Source: Dehalococcoidia bacterium (lineage in GTDB: Bacteria > Chloroflexota > Dehalococcoidia > Lucifugimonadales > CAZENU01). From it: a stretch of 64,000 nt of DNA. The position numbers were made by a program, and so were the translations under genes. Shown here in pieces: positions 8,461 through 19,754 of this stretch. Position 1 is the first letter of the stretch; each line of letters begins with the position of its first letter. A model generated the notes under the pieces. That model saw only the letters and a program-made list of their open reading frames with translations. It was not told where the DNA came from and ran no database searches. Location of the stretch: the NCBI GenBank assembly GCA_965117035.1, contig OZ220748.1, forward strand, positions 2,927,992-2,991,991, written 5' to 3'.

Positions 8461-9586
8461 ACGCGTGATGCAGATTAACAAGGGTCTAAGAGGTAGTTTA
8501 GGAAAGAGTCGAGAAGTGGTACAGGTAGTCTACCCTTACCAAGGAGTAGGCCATGACCTTAAGCCTCGACACTTTCCTGGTGGCATTGTATACGACGGTG
8601 GACGACCTCTATCAGAAGCACTATGCCGGTACAAAGCCTCGTCGCCCCGGCAGACGGCCGGAGTTGTCCGACAGCGAGGTTCTGACTCTAGCCATCTGCG
8701 CCCAATGGTTCGGGACCTCTGAGCGAGCCTTTATCCGTCACGCCTCGGAGCACTGGCGCAGCTACTTTCCCAAGCTGGTGAGCCAGAGTACCTACAATCG
8801 CCGCCTCCGGGACATGACGGGCGTGTTGGCTGACCTTGTTGGAGTGATGGCCCAAGAGTTAAAGGCATATCGTGGACAATACCAGGCTGTGGATACCGTG
8901 CCAGTGCCTCTGATGCGTCGCTGTCGGGGCCGACGCCACCGTCTGTTCGGAGACGAAGCGGCCATCGGGCGTGGTGGGAGCGACCGTGACTGGTACTACG
9001 GAAGCAAACTGCTTGTGTCGGTGACACCGGAGGGAGTCAGCACGGGTTTTCTGCTAGGCCCTGCCAGCACGGAAGACCGGTGGATGGCCGAGTCATTCTT
9101 CTGTTGGCGCATCGATCAGACAGATACGCCCTATGGCCTCCAGGACCTGCCCAGCATCTACCGCCGGAACGGTGAGAGATATATGGGACCCACCGGGCCT
9201 GTGAGGCCCAGGTGCGGAGTGGGTTCGGCCAGTGCGGTGCCCTATGTGGCAGATAACGGTTTCTTTGGAGCTTGGTGGCAGACGCACTGGCGACAGAAGT
9301 ACGGAGTGGTCGTGCTAACGCCAAAGAACTATCAAGGATATGGCTCGCGCAGTGCAAGAAGAGAACACTCCGCCTGGAAGCAGGTGGTGGAGACCGTCAA
9401 CGGCCATCTGGAGAAGGTCTTCAGCCTCCACTTCTGTGGCGCACGCAGCTCATGGGGCCTGGTAAATCGGGTGGCTGCCAAGCTGGTGGCCTTGAACATC
9501 GGTATCTGGATCAACCGCCTCTTTGGTCGTCCTGATCTCGCTCTCGCCACCATCTTCAACCCATAAGCCTAATTTGCATCACGCGT
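8461..9586 (+). mobile_element. IS982-family element (1126 bp)
   Basis: The terminal inverted repeats are acgcgtgatgcagatta (8461-) and the reverse complement of taatttgcatcacgcgt (-9586). It carries a single intact transposase ORF. Confidence 0.8.
8553..9566 (+). CDS. IS982-family DDE transposase (intact)
   Basis: A 337-aa protein. The N-terminus is LDTFLVALYTTVDDLYQKHY...RRPGRRPELSDSEVLTLAICAQW and the C-terminus is WKQVVETVNGHLEKVF...VAAKLVALNIGIWINRL, the typical architecture of IS982/IS4-like transposases. Confidence 0.8.
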   Translation: MTLSLDTFLVALYTTVDDLYQKHYAGTKPRRPGRRPELSDSEVLTLAICAQWFGTSERAFIRHASEHWRSYFPKLVSQSTYNRRLRDMTGVLADLVGVMAQELKAYRGQYQAVDTVPVPLMRRCRGRRHRLFGDEAAIGRGGSDRDWYYGSKLLVSVTPEGVSTGFLLGPASTEDRWMAESFFCWRIDQTDTPYGLQDLPSIYRRNGERYMGPTGPVRPRCGVGSASAVPYVADNGFFGAWWQTHWRQKYGVVVLTPKNYQGYGSRSARREHSAWKQVVETVNGHLEKVFSLHFCGARSSWGLVNRVAAKLVALNIGIWINRLFGRPDLALATIFNP

Positions 9587-9910
9587 TCTACGGGAGAGGG
9601 TAGGGGTGAGGGTGAATGCCGTCCCTGGCAGACCGCCCTTCACGTGTTCACGGGTCTTTGCACAACCGTCATTTCCGCGCAGACGGCGCCGGGAATCCAA
9701 GGCCCCTCAATCGTCAGTCCCGCGAAAAGCCCGCCCCCGTGGAGACGAGGGGAGACCCTTGCGTAACTCCTCATGCAGCCGGCAGACGGGGGTGGACGTG
9801 CGGCGATATCCTATCTGGGAGACCACGCCCGTGGATTCCCGCCTTCGGAGACCTTTGCATAATTCATGCGGCACGCCGACAATTGGGCCAACCGATTGAG
9901 GAGATGCGTT

Positions 9911-10885
9911 ATGCACCGAGAAGAGAGTCCTCCAACGTTCGCCGATGCCTTGATGCCAGAGGATCTGGGCCGAAACAAGAGGTTGGATCGGATCGACGAG
10001 ATGTTGGACTGGGAGCCTGTGGCTCGTCTGGTGTCGGAGATTCACTCGTCGAAGCGTGGAGCGCCGAGCTATCGACCGCTGGCGATGGTAAAGGTGTTGC
10101 TGCTGGAGCAGTGGTACACGCTATCGGACCCGGAGATGGAAGAGGCGCTGGGAGACCGTCTGTCCTTCCGACGGTTCGTGGGTCTGGGGATTGACGACGG
10201 CACTCCAGACCATTCGACCATAAGCCGGTTCCGTTCCAAATTGGGCAAGGACAAGAGCGCCCAGTTGTTTGAGGAGATCAACGGTCAGTTGGCGGATCAT
10301 GGGATGATGGTCAAAGAGGGGATGTTGATGGATGCGACTCTTGTGGAGGCTCAGGCGCGTCGTCCGTCGCGGCAGCAAGGACATGGAGCGAAGAGCAGCT
10401 TGGACAGCGATGCCGATTGGAGCTACAGCCAGCGTGGCAGCCAGACCCATTTCGGATACAAGGTGCATATCGGCGTAGATGAAGGTTCTGGCCTGATCCG
10501 TCAGGCAGTTCTGACGCCAGCCAAGGTGTAAGAGAGCGAGGTAGCAGACCAGTTGTTGAGCGGGGACGAGAATGCGGTATACGCCGACCGTGCGTACGAG
10601 TCCAAACACAGACGCAAGCGCTTGAGTGAGCAGGGGATCAAGGATCGGATCATGCACCGTTCCCACAAGCACCAGCGGGAGTTGCCATACTGGCAGAAGC
10701 GTCGCAACGAGTTGATCGAGCCGATTCGTCGGGCCGTGGAGAGGGTATTCGGGACATGGAAGCGCAGCTACGCCTACCGCCGGGTGCGCTACCGGGGGTT
10801 GGAGCGCAACACGGTGGAGGTGTTGTTCAAGGCGATGGCCTACAACCTCAGGCGGGCCGACAGGCTAACTGTGCCCTGTGCATGA
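9911..10885 (+). pseudogene. IS5-family transposase with an in-frame TAA
   Basis: Both ORFs 9866..10531 and 10553..10885 are in frame 2, separated by TAA at 10529-10531 (LTPAKV*ESEVADQLL). The motifs are LLLEQWYTLSDPEMEEAL, HFGYKVHIGVD and VERVFGTWKRSYAYRRVRYRGLERN. Confidence 0.85.
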
Positions 10886-11130
10886 AAGACGGCAGAGAAA
10901 GAGCTGACACAGGGGGTGAACAGCCCACAGAGCACCCAGCCCCCCCTAAAATCGAGGCCGACCGATGCCCGACCACACGATCATCGCTTCCCCAAGCCCG
11001 TGCGGCCGGTCCGATAACGCTGAGGCTCCAGCACCAAAAGGAGAGCCGACGCCGCGGGACCACAAATTCGAAGGTCTCGATCGTCGGGAATGACGGTTAT
11101 GCAAGGGTCTCCGTCGCGAGCAGGCCGCGA

Positions 11131-11727
11131 TCACGTCCGCGGTCGGCGTGGCGCCAGGGCGGCCGCCAGGCCGGCGACGACGGAGCCAGAGAGTCCGAGC
11201 ACCATGTCGCCGAGCGTGTCGGCGTAGGCGGTGTCGAGCTCGGACGAATCGCGTATGAAGGCGAAGTACTCGCCGACCTCCCACAGGATCGCGGCGACCG
11301 CGCCGAATCCCACCACGTACGCCAGCGTTGCCCAGCGCCCGACGTTGTGCCGCAGGGCGAGCGTGCCGACGGCGCCCGAGAGCAGCGCCCAGTTGACGAA
11401 GTGGTTCGCGTCGTCCCACCACACGATCGTGTCGTACAGGTCGAGGGCGTTGCCCGCGGTATCGACGAGGAACGGCAGCGTGAGCAGCAGGTCGGTCGGG
11501 TATGGGTACGGCTCCCTTCGCCCGAACAATCTCCAGGCTACGGGCACTACAACGGTGGCGATCGGGTACGCGGCCAGCCGCCAGAGATAGCCCTTGCCCT
11601 CGAACTGCTGGAGCCCCGAGAAGGCGCCGAACACCAGCAGGCCGATCAGCACGAGCTTCAGGGCGAGGTTGATCCAGAACACGGGCGAGCTGTTGCGCAA
11701 TACCGAGATCGGCGCGGCCACGGTCAT
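11131..11727 (-). CDS. integral membrane protein (possibly DUF2238/YjdF-like)
   Basis: A 198-aa protein with about 6 hydrophobic helices. The blocks WWDDANHFVNWALLSG and LWEVGEYF...DTLGDMVLGLSG resemble that family. This is a weak call. Confidence 0.5.
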   Translation of the reverse strand: MTVAAPISVLRNSSPVFWINLALKLVLIGLLVFGAFSGLQQFEGKGYLWRLAAYPIATVVVPVAWRLFGRREPYPYPTDLLLTLPFLVDTAGNALDLYDTIVWWDDANHFVNWALLSGAVGTLALRHNVGRWATLAYVVGFGAVAAILWEVGEYFAFIRDSSELDTAYADTLGDMVLGLSGSVVAGLAAALAPRRPRT

Positions 11728-11755
11728 CGGGTCCTCCTGGTTGGCACCGGGGCGC

Positions 11756-12478
11756 TCATGGCAGCCGCTTCCTGCCCGTTTCGCGCTGGTACAGCTCCCA
11801 GGTGCGGTCGTTGAACGGGTAGTACCTGCCGGGCGAGCACTGCTCGTCCTCCAGCCTGGCCTTCACGAAGTCCTCCACCGCCATGTGCTCCAGCGCACGG
11901 GCGACGACCTCCTCCGCTATGCCGGAAGGGACGACGACCACGCCGTCGTCATCGCCGATCACGGCGTCGCCGGGGCGGACGAGCACGCCGCCGCACTGTA
12001 TGGCGTCGTCGACCTGCCACGGGAGGAAGTCGGCACCGCCCTGCCTGGCGGTGAGGCCGGCGGAGTAGACGGGGAAGCCGTAGGCCCTCAGCGATCGGCT
12101 GTCGCGGACGGCGCCGTCGGTCACGAGGCCCGCCGCTTCGCGCTGCTTCAGGCGGAAGAACTTGATGTCGCCCCCGACGGACGAGAAGGGCCATCCCATG
12201 GCGTCGATGACGAGCACCTCGCGCGGACCGCACCTCTCGATGGCGACGTACTCGGCCGAGAGCTCTTCCTTCGGCTTGTCGGCCTGCAGGTCGGGACGCG
12301 CGGGCACGAACCTCAGCGTGACGGCCCTGCCTGCCATCTGCTGGCCCGGGCTGAGCGGCAGCGCGCCCGCCACGAAGGACGTGGGCCAGCCCATCTTGTG
12401 CATCGCGTCTATGGCCGTCTGCGTGGGGATGTTCCCCAGGGCGGCTATCGCATCGTCGGACACGTGTGGTGAAGTCAT
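11756..12478 (-). CDS. RraA-family protein (4-hydroxy-4-methyl-2-oxoglutarate aldolase-like)
   Basis: The start is taken at MTSPHVSDDAI (ATG 12478) inside ORF 11756..12982. The RraA-type core is GGDIKFFRLKQREAAGLVTDGAVRD...PVYSAG. Confidence 0.75.
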   Translation of the reverse strand: MTSPHVSDDAIAALGNIPTQTAIDAMHKMGWPTSFVAGALPLSPGQQMAGRAVTLRFVPARPDLQADKPKEELSAEYVAIERCGPREVLVIDAMGWPFSSVGGDIKFFRLKQREAAGLVTDGAVRDSRSLRAYGFPVYSAGLTARQGGADFLPWQVDDAIQCGGVLVRPGDAVIGDDDGVVVVPSGIAEEVVARALEHMAVEDFVKARLEDEQCSPGRYYPFNDRTWELYQRETGRKRLP

Positions 12479-12739
12479 GGCGGCCTCTGGCTGGAGTTGA
12501 TGCGATGCCATTCTACTAGGCGCACGGTCCGGGGGGCAGGACCTGCGGCGGGGGCTGGGACTGGCCGCGGCACGGCCCACCGGGTCTGACGTCCTGACAC
12601 ACGGTGCGCGTGGACGCTGATCGCTCCCCTTGCGCCTCCGCGGGCTGGTCGCTATGCTGCTGGCAGCCGAGCGGCTGTCCGAGGAGGGCGTGCGCACAGG
12701 TGGCCTGCGGACCAGCGGCAGCCGACTCGCCCCAGGTGC

Positions 12740-13252
12740 ATGTTGAGTTCCGGCGTCGCCCACAGACAGGTACTCGGCTGGCGGGAATGGGTATCCCTGC
12801 CCGGCCTTGGCATTGCCGCGATCAAGGCCAAGCTCGATACGGGCGCGAAGACCTCCGCGTTGCATGCCTGGGACCTGAGCTTTCACATGGTCGACGGTCG
12901 ACAGTGGATACGCTTTCGCGTCCACCAGGTGCGGAGAGGCAAGGTCAGGTCCGTGGTCTGCGAGGCGGCGCTCAGCGATCAACGATGGGTGACGAACTCG
13001 AGCGGCACGCGCGAGCGCCGATGCATAATATCCACGGACCTCCAGATAGGCCCGAGCTCCTGGCCGATTGAACTGAGCCTCACGAACCGCGACGCCATGG
13101 AATATCCCATGATCATCGGCCGGGAAGCGATGCGGAACCGCCTGCTAGTCGATCCCAAAGCCTCGTTTCGCGCGGGCGGGAATCCAGCGCGCGCCGACGG
13201 GCGGCCGCTCGCCGACCTGGATGGCCCCGAGGCGGGTGGGGTGGACAAGTGA
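12740..13252 (+). CDS. RimK-associated retropepsin-like protease (DUF785/COG4067 type)
   Basis: The sequence [31 protein letters not shown] contains a D-T-G active-site-like motif. Its TGA stop overlaps the GTG start of rimK (GTGA at 13249-13252). Confidence 0.8.
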   Translation: MLSSGVAHRQVLGWREWVSLPGLGIAAIKAKLDTGAKTSALHAWDLSFHMVDGRQWIRFRVHQVRRGKVRSVVCEAALSDQRWVTNSSGTRERRCIISTDLQIGPSSWPIELSLTNRDAMEYPMIIGREAMRNRLLVDPKASFRAGGNPARADGRPLADLDGPEAGGVDK

Positions 13253-14148
13253 AGATCGCAATGCTGGCGCGCAATCCCGATCTGTACAGCCACAGGCGGC
13301 TCGTGGAGGCCGCGGAGGCCAGGGGCCACCACGTCGACATCATCAACACGACCCAGTGCTACGCGAACATCACTTCCGAGCGGCCGCAGCTGCTGTACAG
13401 GGGCGAAGCCCTCGAGGGCTACGACGCGGTGATACCGCGCATAGGCGCGTCGATAACCTTCTACGGGTTGGCCGTGTTGCGCCAGTTCGAGATGATGGGA
13501 GTGTGGGCGCTGAACGGGTCGGTGGCCATAGGGCGCGCTCGCGACAAGCTCTGGGCGCTGCAGATCATGTCCAGCCTGGGGGTCGGTCTGCCGGTTACCA
13601 GTTTCGCGAACTCCGCGCGGCGAGCGGAGGACCTGATCCGCATGGTCGGCGGCCCGCCCGTCGTCATCAAGCTGGTGGAGGGGACCCAGGGTCTCGGGGT
13701 CGTACTCGGCGAGACCATGCCGTCCGCGAAGAGCACATTCGAGGCCTTCCGCGAGGCCAAGATCAACATACTGGTCCAGGAGTTCGTCAAGGAGGCGGGC
13801 GGGGCGGACATCCGGGCTTTCGTCATAGGCGACCGCGTCGTCGGGGCGATGCGGCGCCAGGGCGGACCGGGCGAGTTCCGTTCCAACCTCCACCGCGGGG
13901 GCACGGCGGAGAAGATCAGCATCACGCCGGAGGAGCGTTCGGCCGCGGTGCGCGCCTGCGAGGCGTTGGGACTGAACGTGGCCGGCGTGGACATGCTCCG
14001 GTCCAGTCGCGGCCCCGTGCTCATAGAGGTGAACTCCACGCCGGGCCTGCGGGGAATCGAACAGTCCACGGGCCTCGACATCGCAGACCTGATAGTCGCG
14101 TTCATCCAGGAACACGCCAGGCCCACGACCCCCGGGACACCGGGATAG
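13249..14148 (+). CDS. rimK: ATP-grasp ribosomal protein S6 glutamate ligase RimK
   Basis: The protein reads [27 protein letters not shown]...[16 protein letters not shown]...[19 protein letters not shown]...[10 protein letters not shown]...[20 protein letters not shown]. Confidence 0.9.
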   Translation: MKIAMLARNPDLYSHRRLVEAAEARGHHVDIINTTQCYANITSERPQLLYRGEALEGYDAVIPRIGASITFYGLAVLRQFEMMGVWALNGSVAIGRARDKLWALQIMSSLGVGLPVTSFANSARRAEDLIRMVGGPPVVIKLVEGTQGLGVVLGETMPSAKSTFEAFREAKINILVQEFVKEAGGADIRAFVIGDRVVGAMRRQGGPGEFRSNLHRGGTAEKISITPEERSAAVRACEALGLNVAGVDMLRSSRGPVLIEVNSTPGLRGIEQSTGLDIADLIVAFIQEHARPTTPGTPG

Positions 14149-14157
14149 GACGGGCCG

Positions 14158-15201
14158 ATGAGCGCCGCCGCGAACGGGTCGTCCGGAGCCATCAGGATAG
14201 GCGAGGTGGAAGTCGCCCCCGGGGACCGTGCCCAGGTAGACCTGCCGATCGCTGACCTGTCGATACACGTCCCGATAACCATGCCCGTGCACGTAATCAA
14301 CGGGTCGCGGGATGGGCCGGTGCTGTTCGTCTCCGCCGCGATACACGGCGATGAGATCAACGGCGTCGAAGTCATACGTCGAGTGATGAAGCTGGCCGCC
14401 TTGAGGCGCCTCAGCGGGGCCCTGATCGCGGTCCCGATAGTGAACGTGCCCGGCTTTCTGAGCCTGAGCCGATACCTGCCGGACCGGCGAGACCTCAACC
14501 GCTCGTTCCCGGGGTCCGCCAGGGGCTCCCTGGCCGCCCGGCTTGCCAAGATGTTCCTCGACCAGGTCCTCGCGAACTCCACTCACGGGATAGATCTCCA
14601 CACGGGCGCCGTGCACAGGGAGAACTACCCGCAGATTCGCGTCGACCTCGAAAACGGCCCGGCTCGGCGCATGGCGAGCGCATTCGGCGTCCCCCTCGTG
14701 TTGAACGCGGCGTCCAGGAAGGGAAGCCTTCGCGGCGCCGCCGCCGACCTGGACGTTCCCGTGATCGTCTACGAAGCCGGCGAAGCGCTCCGCTTCGACG
14801 AGGCCGCCATCCGGGCCGGGGTGAGGGGCGTGGTCCGCGTGATGCAGAGCCTCGGCATGCTGCCGGCGAGAAAACGCGACAGCGGTTCGAGCGCTCCGGC
14901 GATTCTGCTCTCGAGCAGTTGGGTGAGGGCGCCGTCCAGCGGCGTAGTCAGGGCCAGGCAGCCGATAGGCTCTCAGATCAAGACAGGCGACGTGCTCGCC
15001 GTCGTGTCCGATCCGCTGGGCGAGGCGGACACCGAGATCAGATCGCCCATGGATGGGGTGATAGTGGGCCGCACCAACCTCCCGCTCGCGCACGAAGGCG
15101 ACGCGCTCTTCCATATCGGCTCGACCCGGGAAGCCGGGCAAGCCGATGGCGAGCCCGATGCCGTGCAGGACGAGTTCATCGAGCTTTCGCCGGAATCGTA
15201 G
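14158..15201 (+). CDS. succinylglutamate desuccinylase/aspartoacylase-family (M14-like) zinc hydrolase
   Basis: It has the H-x-x-E zinc motif in SAAIHGDEINGVEV and a second His in GIDLHTGA. A gene of this type sits directly downstream of rimK in many genomes. Confidence 0.75.
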   Translation: MSAAANGSSGAIRIGEVEVAPGDRAQVDLPIADLSIHVPITMPVHVINGSRDGPVLFVSAAIHGDEINGVEVIRRVMKLAALRRLSGALIAVPIVNVPGFLSLSRYLPDRRDLNRSFPGSARGSLAARLAKMFLDQVLANSTHGIDLHTGAVHRENYPQIRVDLENGPARRMASAFGVPLVLNAASRKGSLRGAAADLDVPVIVYEAGEALRFDEAAIRAGVRGVVRVMQSLGMLPARKRDSGSSAPAILLSSSWVRAPSSGVVRARQPIGSQIKTGDVLAVVSDPLGEADTEIRSPMDGVIVGRTNLPLAHEGDALFHIGSTREAGQADGEPDAVQDEFIELSPES

Positions 15202-15321
15202 CGGGGTCGGGCAGGGGCCGCTGGAGGTCGGCCGGCAGGGGGCGGCGCCATCCTCGAGATCGGGATGGGACCGTGAGCGTCCTGGGGCCGTCTCCCAGTG
15301 CCGGTCCAGGCATGGCGGGTC

Positions 15322-16374
15322 CTATGCGAAGGCGAGTATCCTGGCTGGGTTGTCGACGGTTATCGCCCTTATCGCATCTTCCGAAAAGCCCTTGCGCCGC
15401 ATCCTGGGAACGATGTTCTCGAGAATGTGGCCGTAGCCGTGCCCGCCATATCTCACGAGCCGGTGCCTGGTGGCGATGTCCTGCCCGATGACGATTCTGT
15501 CCGAATAGCCGGCGTCGACGGCGACCTCGAGGAAGTCCAGCCTCTGGGCGTCGCTGGGCATATCGATTTCGGCGAGCGGATAGTACGAGCCCTCGTTGCC
15601 GAACAGGTCCCATTCGAGGTAGCAGCCCGACGCGGCGATGCTCAGGATCGCGCCGAACTCGAACACCGTCCGGTCCAGGTGCCCCATGATCATGCGGGAT
15701 ACGTCCGCGCCGCGGTCGGCAAGCAGGTCCAGTATCTCCAGCGGCGCATCGGGATGCCGTCCGGGATGGACCAGCATCGCCGCGCCCGTTTCAGCCTGGG
15801 CGATTGCCGCCGCCGACAGGGACTTGCGCTCGTTGGGCGCCAGGGGCCAGGTGCAACCGACCTCCCCTATGATGCCCGCTCGTACGCCGCTGCCTTCGAC
15901 GCCCTCGACGATGTCGCCGACGATCTCCCGCGCCAGGTCATCCACACTTCGTTCGTCCATATCGTCCGGGTGGACGGCTTCCACGTAGAAGCCAGCCCCC
16001 ATGACGACGTGAATGCCGGATTCACGGGATATCCGGGCCAGGGCGTCCGGGTTGCGCCCGATTCCCACCGTGGTAGCGTCCACGACCGCTCCGCCGCCGA
16101 CCTCGCCGTACTTCCTGAGCTCCCTGATGGCCGTATCCGAGTCCGTCAACTGGAGGTTGGAGCGGTTGCTGTAGTAGTTGCGCCGTATCCATCCGAGGTT
16201 CTCCAGGGTTATGGGCGCGTCCGCCATCTCCGGAGACGGCGAGTCCTGGGCCGGGCGGTACATGAACGAGAAGTCAGCATGGAGGTGCTCGTGGGTCGTG
16301 GTGGCGCCCAGTTCCGATGGAGTCAGAGGGCCGAGCACGGTCTGGACAAGGCCCTGGTTCCGGCCTGATGGCAT
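15322..16374 (-). CDS. phosphotriesterase-related (PTER/aryldialkylphosphatase-family) amidohydrolase
   Basis: It has the N-terminal H-x-H motif (TTTHEHLHADFS), then VHPGRH, GHLD and AFA at the C-terminus. A GGAGG sequence lies 5 nt upstream of ATG 16374. Confidence 0.8.
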   Translation of the reverse strand: MPSGRNQGLVQTVLGPLTPSELGATTTHEHLHADFSFMYRPAQDSPSPEMADAPITLENLGWIRRNYYSNRSNLQLTDSDTAIRELRKYGEVGGGAVVDATTVGIGRNPDALARISRESGIHVVMGAGFYVEAVHPDDMDERSVDDLAREIVGDIVEGVEGSGVRAGIIGEVGCTWPLAPNERKSLSAAAIAQAETGAAMLVHPGRHPDAPLEILDLLADRGADVSRMIMGHLDRTVFEFGAILSIAASGCYLEWDLFGNEGSYYPLAEIDMPSDAQRLDFLEVAVDAGYSDRIVIGQDIATRHRLVRYGGHGYGHILENIVPRMRRKGFSEDAIRAITVDNPARILAFA

Positions 16375-16541
16375 GGGGCGCCTCCGTGTAGTATGGTGGC
16401 CTCCAGCGTAACACTACCGTTCAAGCCAGCGAAACTGGGCCCCCCAACATGCGACGATGGGGGCCATGGCGTCTGCCGGGTCCACTTCGATGATCGCCGC
16501 CGTAGTCGCGCTGAAGAGCCAGGCAAAGGGGAGGTCCGGGC

Positions 16542-17675
16542 ATGAAGTTCGCGGCGTTTACCACTGTGGCGGCGTCCGCGGGGGATGCGGTCACGGCCGA
16601 CGCATTGGTCGACAACCTCCGGCAGCAGACGATTCTGGCCGAGGAGTTGGGCTTCGAGGCCATGTGGCTCGGCGAACACCATTTCGGGCCCTACGGTGTG
16701 GGCGACCTGCCGAACCCGATTCTGCTGGGCGCGGACCTGGCGGCGCGGACATCCAGGATCCGCATCGGACAGATGGCGAACATTGCCCCGTGGTGGCACC
16801 CGATACGGCTTGCCGAGGACCTGGCGATCCTCGACAACATGACCGGCGGGCGTGTGGAAGTCGGCTTCGGCCGGGGCATCTGGCCCTACGAGGGGCCACA
16901 GTTCCATCCCAATGCCGACCCTCGCAGGGACAGGGAGAACAGGGAGCTGTTCCAGGAGACGGTGGAGATCGTGCGGGCGATATGGACGAACGAGTACTTC
17001 TCGCACCAGGGGCAGAACTACAGCTTCCCCGTCGAAGGCACTGTCTTCTCCCATCCGAAGTACCCATCGAATCCCGCCTGGCAGGACGGGGACCGCGTCA
17101 GGAAGCTGCGTGTAACGCCGAGGCCCTATCAGGAGCCGCATCCCCCGCTCTGGATGACCGTCTCCACCGACCGCTCCGTTACCACCGCGGCCGAGCTCGG
17201 ACTGAACGCGTGCTACTGGCAGCCCCCGGCGCTCAGGATCAGGCAGCGAATGGAACTCTACGCGCGGGTCAGGAGCGAGCTGGAGGGCAGGCCGTTCGCC
17301 CTGGGAGAAGGCCAGGCGGTGATGCGCTCGACGTATGTCGCTTCTTCGATGGAGGAGGCGCGCCGCGACGCGGAAGAGGGCATCATGTCGGCGTTCATCT
17401 TCAACGATCCCTTTCGCGGCAGGCAGGTCTTCACCAACCCGGGCGAGGTCCTGGACCCTGACGTGGAGCTGGACTGGGACTTCCTGGAGCCGCGCACCCT
17501 GCTCGTAGGATCGCCTGAGAACGTGGTGGAGAAGGTGCAGGAGCTCCAGGAGGTATGCCACCTGGGCTACCTGCTTGTCGAGTTCACGCACATGGGCATG
17601 CCGTTGACCATGTCGCTGAGGAACCTGGAGACGTTCGCCACAAAGGTGATGCCGCGATTCGCGGCCGGCGGCTGA
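16542..17675 (+). CDS. LLM-class (luciferase-like) flavin-dependent oxidoreductase
   Basis: The protein reads MKFAAFTT...LAEELGFEAMWLGEHHFGPYG...RIRIGQMANI. A GGGAGG ribosome-binding site lies upstream. Confidence 0.8.
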   Translation: MKFAAFTTVAASAGDAVTADALVDNLRQQTILAEELGFEAMWLGEHHFGPYGVGDLPNPILLGADLAARTSRIRIGQMANIAPWWHPIRLAEDLAILDNMTGGRVEVGFGRGIWPYEGPQFHPNADPRRDRENRELFQETVEIVRAIWTNEYFSHQGQNYSFPVEGTVFSHPKYPSNPAWQDGDRVRKLRVTPRPYQEPHPPLWMTVSTDRSVTTAAELGLNACYWQPPALRIRQRMELYARVRSELEGRPFALGEGQAVMRSTYVASSMEEARRDAEEGIMSAFIFNDPFRGRQVFTNPGEVLDPDVELDWDFLEPRTLLVGSPENVVEKVQELQEVCHLGYLLVEFTHMGMPLTMSLRNLETFATKVMPRFAAGG

Positions 17676-17727
17676 AGCGGCTGCCGGTCCGACCGCGGAG
17701 CAGGTTGGGATGGCATGCGTGCTGGTC

Positions 17728-17803
17728 TGGTGGAGCTGGGGGGACTCGAACCCCCGACTTCCTCCGTGCAAGGGAGGCGCTCTCCCAGCTGAGCTACAGC
17801 CCC
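17728..17803 (-). tRNA. tRNA-Ala (anticodon UGC), CCA encoded
   Basis: The reverse complement is GGGGCTGTAGCTCAGCTGGGAGAGCGCCTCCCTTGCACGGAGGAAGTCGGGGGTTCGAGTCCCCCCAGCTCCACCA. It folds into a cloverleaf by hand, with the G3:U70 identity pair and the anticodon loop CTTGCAC. Confidence 0.95.
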
Positions 17804-18093
17804 ACGGGCAGGGCTCTCGCGTGGTCCGCGCGACTGGCGAGGTGCGCGGCGTTTCCGGCGAAAGCATACGGGGCCGCGTGCTGCGGCCCCGTTTCCTTAA
17901 CGGCTCAACAGTGGAAGGAAACTTGCTCTTCGATTTTTCGACTATCAACACAGCGGGCTTTCTTGGGAAAGCCGCCGCCGCTCGGGGGAGCTCCACCCGA
18001 CGAATCGGGTTCATGCTCGACCCTTCGCTTTGAACGACCTCCACCCACTGATCGACCTCCCCGACGGACCCGAGGGTTCGTCGGAGTACTCCC

Positions 18094-19610
<1,517 letters not shown>

Positions 19611-19710
19611 ACTAAACGTTTCCTTCCACTATTGAACTGTTAAGGTACTCCGGCCGCCTTCAGCCGGCAGAGCGCAGATTACGCCTGCCGCCGAACAGCG
19701 GCCGACAACG

Positions 19711-19739
19711 ATACTAGCAGAACACGCACAGCGAGTCAA
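19711..19739 (-). promoter_or_regulatory. sigma-70-type promoter of the 16S gene
   Basis: On the minus strand the sequence is TTGACT (19739-19734), a 17-nt spacer, then TAGTAT (19716-19711). This lies about 100 nt upstream of the 16S 5' end. Confidence 0.6.
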
Positions 19740-19754
19740 GAGAACGTACTCGCC

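Noticed and set aside
539-10531. Stop-codon reassignment or read-through suggested by in-frame TAG (539-541, 7027-7029) and TAA (10529-10531)
   Set aside because: TAG, TAA and TGA all terminate well-supported genes here: aceB and rimK end in TAG, IS982 in TAA, and LLM and the giant gene in TGA. The in-frame stops occur only in IS copies and in a GNAT that show other signs of decay.
10756-11814. 352-aa plus-strand ORF
   Set aside because: It starts inside the IS5 pseudogene and runs antisense through the membrane-protein gene 11131..11727. It is Arg/Gly/Glu-rich with no motif.
12979-15141. 720-aa minus-strand ORF across the DUF785 / rimK / M14 genes
   Set aside because: It is antisense to three well-supported, translationally coupled genes. 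Its composition is Arg/Pro/Gly-rich and low in complexity.
17676-17727. 23S rRNA or tRNA-Ile expected after 16S and tRNA-Ala
   Set aside because: I looked on both strands. The 292-nt spacer has no tRNA-like T-arm. Only 52 nt separate tRNA-Ala from the convergent LLM gene, so no room for a 23S gene exists.
16323-18044. 573-aa minus-strand ORF
   Set aside because: It runs antisense through the LLM oxidoreductase and straight through the tRNA-Ala gene and the 16S-tRNA spacer. It is not a plausible protein.
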